From assembly GCA_010093815.1 (NCBI GenBank), contig ML996593.1: 64,000 bases of DNA; one strand, given 5' to 3'. Below are positions 49,722-62,054 of this stretch, piece after piece (positions within the stretch are counted from its first letter, which is position 1; each line of letters begins with the position of its first letter). Both the position numbers and the translations under genes were made by a program. The notes beneath the pieces were generated by a model. The model searched no databases. It was given only the letters and a program-made list of their open reading frames with translations, and was not told where the DNA came from. The stretch is from Pseudovirgaria hyperparasitica (taxonomy: Eukaryota).

Positions 49722-50408
49722 ATGGATGGGATTCGACAGGTCAGTCTCTACCTACGTACCCCGCTGCAGTATCCTCCTAGACTAGTGACCACAAACATTT
49801 CTTTCCTGTGGATGTATTAGAAAGAACCCAACAAAACAGTTACTAATATCATGTTTGAGCGCAGAAAATGGCTCAACTCCGGACGGAGGCGGATGAGTCT
49901 GCCAGTCAGGTCGAAGAGCTCAAGCTGAAAGTCAAGCATCTGGAACAGGAGAATCTCTCCAAGGAACAAGAAATTACATCCCTCCAGCACAGAAACCAGA
50001 CTCTTGAGGCCGAAGTTGAGAAGTTGGAAGGCGGCATCAAGGACCACAAAGAAATTGCCTCGAAGAGTGCTCAGGCAGACAATCAAGCCGAGAGTCTGAC
50101 AAGGAAAGTGCAGCTACTTGAGGAGGAAGCCGAGGAGTCAGACAAAAACTTGAGAGAATTGAACGAGAAGTAAGCTTCTGCTGTGTTTCGGTCTATGTGA
50201 CACGGCTCTCCCTAAGAGCCCGTTGCTGACATGTTGACAATGCAGGCTCCGCCAAACTGACGTCAAGTCAGGCCACTTTGAACGAAAGGTGCAAGCTCTG
50301 GAGCAAGAGCGAGATCAGTGGGAGGCCAAGTTTGAGGAGATGTCTAAGAAATACAACGACACCAAGAAGGAGCTCAACGACTTCCTTGCCGAGATTGGTA
50401 CCATCTAA
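49722..50408 (+). CDS. tpmA: Tropomyosin, 3 exons
   Basis: MDGIRQ|KMAQLRTEAD...LEQENLSKEQEITSL...LNEK|LRQTDVKSGHFERKV. Introns 49740-49864 and 50170-50245. Confidence 0.95.
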
Positions 50409-50645
50409 GGCCCTCGACCGCAAGCGCGTGAGTCGTAGTGAGCACGGAAGGGTGAACGTTGGCTTTTCGCATTGTATGCTACCATCCCTGGGAGGCTCCG
50501 GGTAGGCTGTTGTCGAGCTGAGCATCTTGATGGCAGCGTGTCCTTTTGGGTGGAGAAGGGAGGAATTCCATCGTACTTTACCCCACATCAACATAAAAAT
50601 TCACATAATATTGACTTGACACGAGTTTCAGGAAGTCTTGTGCTT

Positions 50646-51355
50646 TTAGCTTCTCCGTGCCTTCGCCTGTGATCGGCTCTTTGATCTCTCCTTGTGCCTC
50701 GTTATCTTGCGCTCCGCTTTGCTCTCATATCGAAACTTAGGCTTGGCTTTCTTTGCCTTCTCCTTTGTAGGCTTGTCTTTGGTCCATACTCGCTTCTTCA
50801 AATCCTCCCCGACCTCGTGTTTGGCTGTAGTAGATATTCTATCGTCGTGTTGATCTCCAGGCTCGATGTCCACGTTAAACATGCCATCCCTCGTGATATT
50901 CACAGCCTCGACCTGGACTGTGATGTATTTGTCTTCATCAATGTACTCGTCTTCACGGGACATAGGTACATCGTCTCCAAAGCCATTCCAATCTCGATCC
51001 TCATTCTGGCTGTCTCCCGATTCATACTCATCTGATGGATCGCCATTCACTTTCCTGAGTGCTGTGTTGACCTCGTCAACATGTTTCTCCAAGTCTTCCT
51101 TTCTTTGTTTCCGGAGCTGTGGTACAGACGTCGTCAGCGTGACCATTCCTAATGCAAAATAGGACATACCTTTGCTCTCTCAGCGATTTTCTCCAGTCGC
51201 TCTTTCTCAATAGCAAGTTCCTGGGCATGCTTTATCCTCGCCTGTTTGCGTTTGTGGAATCCGGTGAGATAATCTTCGCGGGCAGCGAAGTCAAAAGACA
51301 CCTCGTCAACTGATCTGAAATGAAGCTTCTTATGCCGCTTCGGTACAGGACCCAT
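50646..51355 (-). CDS. RRP17: Ribosomal RNA-processing protein 17 (Nop25 family), 2 exons
   Basis: EVSFDFAAREDYLTGFHKRKQAR; KFRYESKAERK. Confidence 0.92.
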
Positions 51356-51479
51356 GACGATCTATGGTGTTATTAGTAAAGCGAATAGTTCATCTAAACG
51401 ATAATCTAAGTAAAAGGCGCCTAGCAGTCTCTAATTAGAGCCGAAAGATAGTTAATACCGAGATTAGTCCGAATAGAAT

Positions 51480-53745
51480 GATTACTTATATGAAATGTAC
51501 TATATTATTTTAGTATATATCTTATAATAAAAATATATACTATTATAAGAAGATTTTATATATATATATATAGAATTAATAAAAGAAGTACTAGACTTAG
51601 AATAATAATCTTAATACCTTTATTAATAAATTATACTAAGTATACTTATTACTAATATATATATATAAACTATTAACTATATAATATTACTAATATATAA
51701 AGATACTATATATATACTTAAACTCTACTTAGAGATAAGAGTATAGACTATCTATCTATAAATACTAATATATAAGCTCTATATTTATTAGTTAAGAATA
51801 TTTCTTAAATAATAACTATAGTAGTCTAGATACTAATATACTCTAGTTTCTACTTATTAGAAATTTAATAAAGACTAGACTAGATCTATCTATTAAGAGT
51901 AAACCCTAGATATACTTTATACTAGTATACTTATATCTATACTATTCTTATTCTACTAAGTAAGACTAAGTAGTTCTCTTTTTAATAATATATACTCTAC
52001 TCTATATCTTAAGAGAGCTAAGTAGATTTCTACTTTCTCTTTTATTAAACTTACTTAGTAGATTCTATTAATACTCTTATATCTATATATATATTATATT
52101 TCTATAATATTAAGTTTAATCTTATTTTACTCTCTAGAAGTTCTACTATAGACTCTAGAAATAATATATAGAGTAATATTAGTAGTAAACTAGACTAAGT
52201 TCTATATCTAAATATTACTCTATAAGAAGCTAAATAAGCTCTCTATAATCTAATATAATAGTAACTAGTACTCAAGTAGAAGATTTCTATCTTAGAAAAC
52301 TAAGTAGAAAATCTATAAAATCTATTAGACTCTATAACTAATAATCTACTAAGATCTTTTATTATAGTAATCTTCTCTCTCTTATAGACTAACTAAGAAC
52401 TCTTAGAATCTAGAGACTAGAAGCTATCTATCTAGAATAGTAAAGTAGCTATCTTCTAAGACTTTCTTCTTTAGTTATATAGCTTCTATAAGATATAATT
52501 AGTATTAAAACTAAAGCTATCTCTAGAATACTACTAGAATACTATATATAATACTCTTATTATAGCTATAGTAGTAGTATATATTATATATAATTAATAT
52601 AGATAGTAGTAAACTAGTTAGCTATATAAATAGAACTAACTAGATATATAGATAGCGACTAGTTTATATACTTTAAATACTAAGTTCTCTTTACTAGACT
52701 ATCTTAGTTAATATAATAATATTAGAATAATTATAAGTTTATATAATCTTCTCTCTACTATACTATCTATACTAACTATTTTATATTAGACTAGTAAAAT
52801 ATCCTTCTTCTAGTATAAGATATAAGTAGAATAGACTTATTATATTACTAAAAACTTAGCTCTCTAGAGCTTAAGAATACTCTATTTACTAGTTATAAGA
52901 TTATATATAGAATAAATAAGATATCTATAACTCTATTACTTCTATAAACTACTATTTAACTAAAAACTTTTTCTCTTAGTTAATACTAGATACTAGTAAT
53001 CTAATACCTTCTATTACTATTTCTAACTATCTATAATAATAGCTTATATTACTACTAGAGAACTTAGTTCTTCTAGAGTATTAACTATTTAGTTATAGAT
53101 AAGTTAATTAATAGATATTTAGAAATCTACTATTACTTAAGATAATACTTAATTATCTTATTACTAACTATCTACTACTCTCTATACTAGAATATTCTTT
53201 ATAAAGTAGAAGACTAACTATTAAGAATTTTCTACTATAGTAGTTAATAAATTATCTAGTATTATAAGAGATATATAACTTATTTCTAAATAATCTATTA
53301 ATTTAAGCTTAGTATCTATTAACTACTAGACTCTCTAGAGTATTCTTAAGCTTATTAGACTTAGTTAATTATATAGTAAGCTCTAGTATAGAAGCTACTA
53401 TATCTAACTATTCTAAATATACTAGTACTTTAGTAGAATATACTATACTATATTAGATAGATATAGATACTAGTAATAGTAGTATACTAGCTAGAGCTCT
53501 AATAACTAATAATAGAGACTTATAGTAAGATAGTAAGCTATAATTATATCTATAATCTAGTAGACTCTTACTTAGTAGGTAGGTATTTTATAAGATAATA
53601 ACTAAAACCTAATAGATAGTAGTAAAAATCTACTATTTAATAATAATAAAGATAGTTAAGAGTTTAGAATATAAGAAATTAGATTCTTCTAGTCTAACTT
53701 AGATTATAGCTTTAGAGATAGAGATATTACTTTTACTAGTTAGAC

Positions 53746-53778
<33 letters not shown>

Positions 53779-56700
53779 TCTTCTTTAACTAGATTAAAGA
53801 CGCTACTATAGCTAGAGAAACTAAGACTATTAAGTTAAAAATCTTCTAGTATCTATAAGAATATATCCTTAAGTAGTTTATATTAGAATTATCTAATCTT
53901 ATAAAGAAAGTACTCTATTACTTATCTAGTTTAGATACCTAGACTATAGTCTTAATTAAGTAGTTTAAGTAGCTATTATCTAATACTCTATTATCTCTTA
54001 TAATATAAAGATATACTCTTTAAGAGATCTACTTCTAAACTAATATTACTTTATATATATATATTATAGCTTATAACTATAGTACTATATAACTATTAGA
54101 CCCTTCTAGCTAAAATACTTAGATATTTATATAGAATAGTATTAATATTCTTCTTTACTAGGGTCTATCTCTACTAATAGAATCTATATCTCTAGTCTAG
54201 TTTATATAAACTCTATAAGTAAAATATAAAGAATAGTACTAACTTATCTACTATTATCTTAGTAGTATATAGTATAGTACTTCTAGTTAATTTACTTAAT
54301 AAGAAAGAGAAGATAGTTAATATAATAGCTCTTATTACTATAACTTACCTTAACTATTTAATAACTCTTAAGACTAGAGCTAATCTAATAGCTATTATTT
54401 TATAGCTAATTAGTCTAATTAATATCCTAACTTATACTAGTCTTACTCTTCTTAGTAGTTCTAATAGAGACTAGAAGGTTTAGAGAATAGTAGTTAAAAG
54501 ATATTAGCTAATATATATTAGCTACTAGCTATAATAGATAGTTCTATAGATTATCTAACCGGTCCTAGACTAACTAATAAGCCCTATACTAGCTAGTCTC
54601 GGTCTCTTAGTAATAATAGATAATTTACTTAAGTACTATAACTATTCTACTAGGCGTGTAATATCTAGAAAGAATTATATAATCTAGATATTAAAGCTAC
54701 TTACTATATAGAGATTAAAGAAGCTTTCTTCTATCTTAGACTAACTAATATAGATACTATAGAACTAGTATAGTTTAGTAATAAAATAGATCTTACTAGT
54801 CTTAACCTACTATCTAGTAATATTAATAAGAGTCTATCTTTATAATTTATAGTATACTAAGTAACTAATATATATCTAGTATACTAGATCTAGTATAATA
54901 TTTATAATAAGATATTTCTATTATAAAGAAAGCTATTTAAGTACCTTAAGAATAGAAAGTACCTTAAGATAGCTATAAAGACTAAAGTTTCTCTATATAG
55001 TTATATAGTTCTAAAGTTAAATATTATATATTATAATATTTAAGAGAATATAGTACTATTATTAGTTAATAGTCTACTAGATACTAGCTAAGTATATAAA
55101 GAATTATACTATATCTAAGTTAAGGCCTTACTTAGTCTTAATAGTCTAGTTAAATATATCTATCTAGATATAGAGAGTATAGTAATACTAATTAACTAAG
55201 CTTTTCTTAAGTAATAGAACCCTACTATCTAAGTACTTATTTATCTAGCTATTTCTATTTAGAGAGTAGAGGGAGTTAAGTCTATAAAGCTAACTAAATT
55301 TATAATTATTATACTATTTCTTCTAGACTAAACGTCTAATAGTTTAACTACTATAACTACTAAAGTATTATATAAGATATATATTCTTAACTATCTATAA
55401 GTAGATCTTCTTCTTAGAATAGATATTATAGTATCTTAGAAGATAGATATCTATATAAGTATATATATAATAACTATTAGTAAATATAGTGGGATTACTA
55501 TACTAATCTTTACTACTACTATTTAACTAGTAGTATACTAGAGAGTAACCATTTTATAGTATACTATTCTCTAGCTATAAATACTTATACTAGTTCTAAT
55601 TATAATCTATTACTAGTATAAGTTAGCTATAGAAGATTATATATTCCTATAGAATCTTATAAAAAGATATAAGTTCCCGCTAGCGTCCTTACTAAAACCA
55701 CGACTAAAAAACTACCTTTTCCCTTATAATAAATTAACCACGCCCTTAATTAAAGATCTATTCCGATAAATCATGCTCCTAGCTACGCTAAGTAATTCTA
55801 TATACTTTTTATAACTTATAGACGCGGTATTATAGACGAGTTCTAGTTATAAGCCTCTAGTATCATGTTTAGTAGTAGCTTGAAAATTTGTACGTCTTAG
55901 CCGTGGATTTTCCAGCGTACCTTAGTGCCTTAGTACCTTAAATTGAGACTATACGTAGTCTACCAGCCGTAGGCCACCCTAGTTTACTCTAATATATATA
56001 AGTATAAGACTTAGTTAAGATAGAGATATCTATATATATCTTACTAACTAAAATATAGTATATATATTTATTATAAATTATAGATTTAGATTAGTATATA
56101 TAAATAAGAATATAAGACTTAGTATATTAATAGATAAAATAGATACTCTCTATATATTTTAGACTAAAGTAGTTTCTTTAGATATTATAGAGAGATTATC
56201 CATAAAGCTTACTTAGCTTAATAAAGTTAAATAGATAGATATATTTTATATAAAAATTTATACTAAAGATAAAGTAACTATCTAAAGGTTTAATAATATT
56301 ATTTAAAGTTATACTAGCTTATTTTATAATACTAGACTTATAAATATTCTAGAGAAAGACTAGATATAAATTCTACTAGTAAGTAACTAGAAAACGGCTA
56401 GTATAAAGCTAAGCTACTATATCTATCTATTAGAGATAAGTAGTAAGACTATTATTAATAAGATATATAATAAGCTCTATATATAAGGTTATATAGAATA
56501 TCTAATATAATAAAGACTATTTAGTTTTCTAATATTTATTATATATACTATAGTAAAGTTACTTATCTAAATATTATATAAGAATACTAGTTAGATAGCT
56601 AGAGATATAAGAGACCTAAATAAGATTAGTATTAAGAACTTCTATCTATTACTACTATAGAGTAATATTATCTAATATATAGCTAGAAAGAAGTTTATAT

Positions 56701-59350
56701 CTATTATTAATATAGCTAGTTTCTTCTACTAGTAGCTAGTTACTAAGAAAGACTATTATAAACTAATATTTATATTATACTAAGGCTAGAAGTAGTTAAA
56801 TATTATGCTTATAGATTTCTATAACTCTCTACTATATATATAGAGATAGATTAATAAGATCTTATATAAAGCTAGATATAAGGCGTTTACTATAGTATAT
56901 ATTAATAATATTTCTATATTTAGTAAGAAACTTAATAGGTATCTTAACTATCTATAGTAGATATTCTCTACTCTATAGATAAAAAACCTAATACTTAAAG
57001 GTAAAAAGTATTACTTAGAATATCTATCTATTACTCTACTTATCTAGAAGGTTAATACTTATAGACTCTCTACTATAGCTAAGAAATTAGTAGCTATATA
57101 TAATCTCTAGTATTCTAAAATACTTAATAAGCTTAAGTACTACCTTAGACTAACTAGATAGTTATAGTAATATATACTATACTCTACTTAACTTACCTAG
57201 AATCTATAGATAGAGAAAATATATCTTCTTAAGAAAGTATCTTTAGTAGACTATATATATATATAGTTCATTAATAAATAAATAAAAATCACTTAAATAG
57301 ACTAGCTACTAGTATTATAGAAGGGTATTTAGACTACATTTATAGATAAGACTAAGCTTATCTACTATAATCTTAAAACGATATCTTTATATAGATATTA
57401 ATATATTAAAGTATAGATTTAGAGTATTTATCTATTATATTAGAGAAGAAGTAATTAATATTATAAAGATTAGATAATCTAATATTAAATCTATTCTATA
57501 TCTTAGTAAAGAACTCTCTTCTACTAAGTTATACTACTAGCTAATAGAGCTAGAAGTAGTAGTAGTTATATAAATAATATATTAAATATACTATATAGTT
57601 AATAGTTTAGATAAACTAATAACTATTATTACTAACTATATAGCTATACTAAGTATTATTTAGTAGATAGTACTTATAAGCTTATTAGTTAATAAGCTAA
57701 ATCTCTAACTAGTATAGGTCTTATAGTATCTATTATAGTTTAACCTAGAGCTTAGATATAGACTAGGTAAGAAGTATATAGTATCTAATACTCTCTCTTA
57801 GCTCTATTAGATCTATAAAAGAGTCTAGCTAAGAGACTTAGATATTCTTAAGGAGCTCTTAGTATTTAATATTATAAGTTAAGATTAATCTAAAATTTAT
57901 AAAGTAGCTAGCGGACGCCTATAATAATAATAAGTACTAGATAAGTATTAAAGCTATAGTACTAGACTAGAATAATAATATTACCTAGCTAATTTCTTTT
58001 TAAGTTACTAATAGTATAATTTATTATATTAATTAGCTTAATAGATAATATTAGATCTATATACTAAAATTACTTAATAGAGATATTTTTACTTAATTCT
58101 ATAATAAAAGCACTTATATACGTTTTTTCTAAGTATATAATTAAATTCATATAGACTACTTTATTTATTAGCTTATAAAGCATCTAAAGTACTATATTTA
58201 GTACTATTCTATCTATAAAACTTACTAGATATAAAGACACGCTCTATATAGTAAATTAAAGCTAGTCTAGTTACTACTAATACTATTTTACATAGTTATA
58301 ATAGACTTTATTATTAGACTACTAATATAGAATAGATTTAATATACTACTTACTATAATAGATTAGTTTACTAAATAAATCTATCTTATTCTAGACTAGA
58401 ATAACTAGACTACTATATAATAGATAACTATATTTAGAAGAAGTATACTACTAGAATAGAGAGTTCTAGCTATAATTATTTATAATAGAGACTAAAAGTT
58501 CCTATTATTATTTTAGAAGGGAATTTTTAAGGGTATTAGTACTAAAATCCTAGTATTAACTACTTATTATAAGTAGAGTAATAGTTAAAGTAAATATATA
58601 AATTAAATAGTAGAGATTACTCTATATTTTCTTATTTTAATATTACTACCTATAGACTAGATAATCTATATTCTATTAGTCTAGTAGATTATAAAGAATT
58701 TAATAAATATCTTAATATAAAAATCTCTAAATAAGATAGTATATAGCTTCTAACTATCTAAGAATACTCTATTTAAGGGAACTAATTTAACTAAAGTAAA
58801 TAATTATATCTAAAAGTATAATATAAACTAGAAGAAGACGTTAGACGCGCTAGTATTCGCCTAGATATATATAAAGGAGCGTTTTAATAGGCGCTATATA
58901 TCTCTACTAGACCTTGCTTCCGGTAACTAGGTCTATATTTAACTATATAAAGGGTATAAGATTCTAGGCACTTATTATAAGCTTAGCTAATAGTAAGTTA
59001 GACTAGTATCTATTAAATATATAGTAGACCGTTAAGCGTATAAACTAGAGCTACTAGAAATATAGAAAAGATATCTAGTAATATCTATTAAGTAGTTAGA
59101 ACTATTTCTAAAAGAGCTTAACTACTTTAACTATAAAGAAAATATATATCTACTTAAAATTATAAATAAGTAGATAGTAATAGCTATCTATAATTAGTAC
59201 TATATTTTAATTAGATATAATTATAAACTAACTATTAAATACTAGATAATAGTATATAGTAAGGGTCTAGAATTTAGTTAGTAGATTTAGTAAAGTATAC
59301 TTCTATTAGACTTAGTTAAGGAATATAACCTTAGATAAGCTTATAGAAAT
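51480..59350 (+). mobile_element. Heavily RIP-mutated repeat block containing a + strand Ty3/Gypsy pol (a different family)
   Basis: De-RIPped motifs: protease end DLLLG.D ~55405, RT MPMGF.NS ~56805 and YI(D>N)(D>N)ISIFS ~56900, integrase MDFI.GLP ~58300. LTR ends were not resolved. Confidence 0.75.
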
Positions 59351-61107
59351 AGTCTACTAGAAGTCTAGCTAGGTTAATAACTACTTAAAGTTACTATATC
59401 TATCTATCTCTAGCTATTATAGATAGAGAGCCGTTAATATCTATTATAATAAGTAGTATTATAATATATATCTCTATCTGGTATTTTAAGGATATATAAC
59501 TATAAAGTATTTTCTTATATTATTACTTAAAGATTAGTACTAGATCTAAATCTATTAACTAAAAATAATTACTATAGTTAAGCTAACTATATAGTCTACT
59601 ATATATAATTACTAATCTATAAATATTCTATAATATTAACTAATTATTATATATAACTAGCTTTATTCTTATAAGACCTAGTATATTAATTTAGTAGATA
59701 TATAATAGTTCTACTTAATCTAAACTAACTAATATCCTTCTATACCTATAACTAAAGATAGATAAAAAATACTACTATTAGTCTATAGTAAAAATTTAGA
59801 CTTAAGTAAATTTTAATCTAGCTATATAACTATTATATACGGCTCTATATAATATAATAGCTAACTAGGTAGATTCTAATAATTTTCTAGACTTATTAAA
59901 AGCTTTTCTACTAATCCTTCTAGAATATATAGTAGTAGAATATTCTTTATTATTAGCTCTATCTATATAGATCTCTAGTAATAGACTACTATTAGATAAA
60001 TTCTCTATAACTAAATAACGGTACCTATTAAAATATAATTTATAGCTATTTTATATAGATTATTCTATTAATATTATAGAGATCTAAATAACTTAGCTAC
60101 TAGTAAATATCTAGCTATCTAACTAAGTAAAGTTACTAATAGTTATAGTAATAGAATAATAAATTATAAAGAAAGGTAAGATTAGTATCTACTAGCTAGC
60201 TATCTTCTTAAAAGAAGAATAGTTTTAGAATAGATATTTACTATATAGAGTCTCTAGCGTTTTAAATAATAAAGTTATAATTATATTTAATTAATTTATA
60301 CTTAGTAGAGTAGTAATATTACTACTATATTATTAGTAGATTCTAGAGAAGACTTATTCTAAGCCCTAGGTAATTAAGAATAAACTACTTATAGTAAATA
60401 AAACCGACTATTATAATTAGACGGTACCCTTAGATATTAATCTAGTATATAGATATAAAGATAATAATAGTAGTATCTTAGCTAAGTAACTATTAAAGAT
60501 TATAAGTACTATATAACTAACTATAAAGAGTATAGTAGGCGATCTAATCTTAGTCTAATCTTAATAATTAGGTTATATATATACTATATTACTTATATTA
60601 ATAACTACTACTAATAATTTAGACTTTAGCTTACTATATAGTTAGTTAAGTAGATAGTAAATAAACATAGGTAGCTTAGTACTAAATATTAGTAATCTAT
60701 TACTTTTTATAGCTAAATTAAGTTATATAATTCATTTTAAAACTAGTATATAAAGATTTAATCTAATTATAATTCTATAGAAAGATTAGCTAGATAATAA
60801 GAAAGTAACTATATTAGATATCTATATATATAATCTTAATATAGTTAAAAGAATTATTAACTAATTAATCTAGACTAATATCTATCTTACTAATATCTAC
60901 TAATAGCTATATAATATAACCTTATTAATTAAGGTAAATATATTTAACTAGAGAACTATAGTAGCTATCTAGATGTAATTTTTAATATCTATTCTAATAG
61001 CTACTAGAAATAATCTATATATAATACTTCTTAACTAAGCTAAAGCTCTATATAAACTTATTAGTAATAAAGGTATTAACCTAGTTAAGAATAGATATAA
61101 GTAATCT

Positions 61108-61683
61108 TATTAGGTACGTGGCCTACTAGTTAATTATACATGTATATAGTAGTTATATATAAGTAGTATACTCTACTCTTAAAGTAGTAGCTTTAACATT
61201 CGGTTCTTTTAGTATAGTTAGTTAGTATATAAAGTCTATCTTATTATATAATCTTAAAGCTACTATAGGGTTATAGGTTTAACTCTTGGTCTAGTTAACT
61301 ATTATTAAATTTTATATAATTCCGTTTAGCTTACTACGTTATATATACTTCTAGATATATATACTAGATAATATATATTATTATAATAAGTTAGTATATA
61401 TAGTACTAGAGACGGTATTACGAGTATTAATTAGGTATATATATAGTTTATACTAGGCCTATTACGGCTAGTTTAGTTTATCTTTTATAAGGTAATATAT
61501 CTATAATATATAAGGGCACGCGTCTTTAAAAAGGGGAGATATTATTAGGTACATGGCCTACTAGTTAATTATATATATATATAGTAGTTATATATAAGTA
61601 GTATACTCTACCCTTAAAGTAGTAGCTTTAAGATTTAGTCCTTTTAGTATAGTTAGTTAGTATATAGAGTCTATCTTCTTATA
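61108..61683 (+). mobile_element. TRIM-like non-autonomous LTR retroelement (576 bp)
   Basis: 141-bp LTRs at 61108-61248 and 61543-61683; AATCT TSD at 61103-61107 and 61684-61688; PPT aaaaaggggagatat at 61528-61542; 294-bp non-coding interior. Confidence 0.9.
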
Positions 61684-62054
61684 AATCTATATTTAAGTAT
61701 ACTATTTTAATAACTAAAGACTCCTTTAAAGTTAAAAGTAACCTAGATATATATATTATATTATTCTAGGATTTTTAGTAGAAAGTAAATACTACTAAAA
61801 AGATATAGAGCCTTAATAGAGTTATTATAGAAAGTCTAGTTTTTAAAAAACTATCTATTAAGAAGGACTCTTATATTATCTAATCTAAGCTTATAAAGAA
61901 ATAACTTATTATCTTATTAGATAAGAAATTAATTAATAGTAATTTTACTATAGAATAGCCGTATCTAGTTCTAAAGATAACCTTAACTATCTTAAAAATA
62001 ATATCCCGAATATTTTAAAGGAAGTCTAAGTAGTCTAATTTAGTTAGCCGTCTA

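Noticed and set aside
61268..61290. gggttataggtttaactctt as a tRNA T-arm or Copia-type PBS (GGTTATGGGCCC)
   Set aside because: Needs many substitutions and lies 20 nt from the LTR; the self-complementary PBS fits better.
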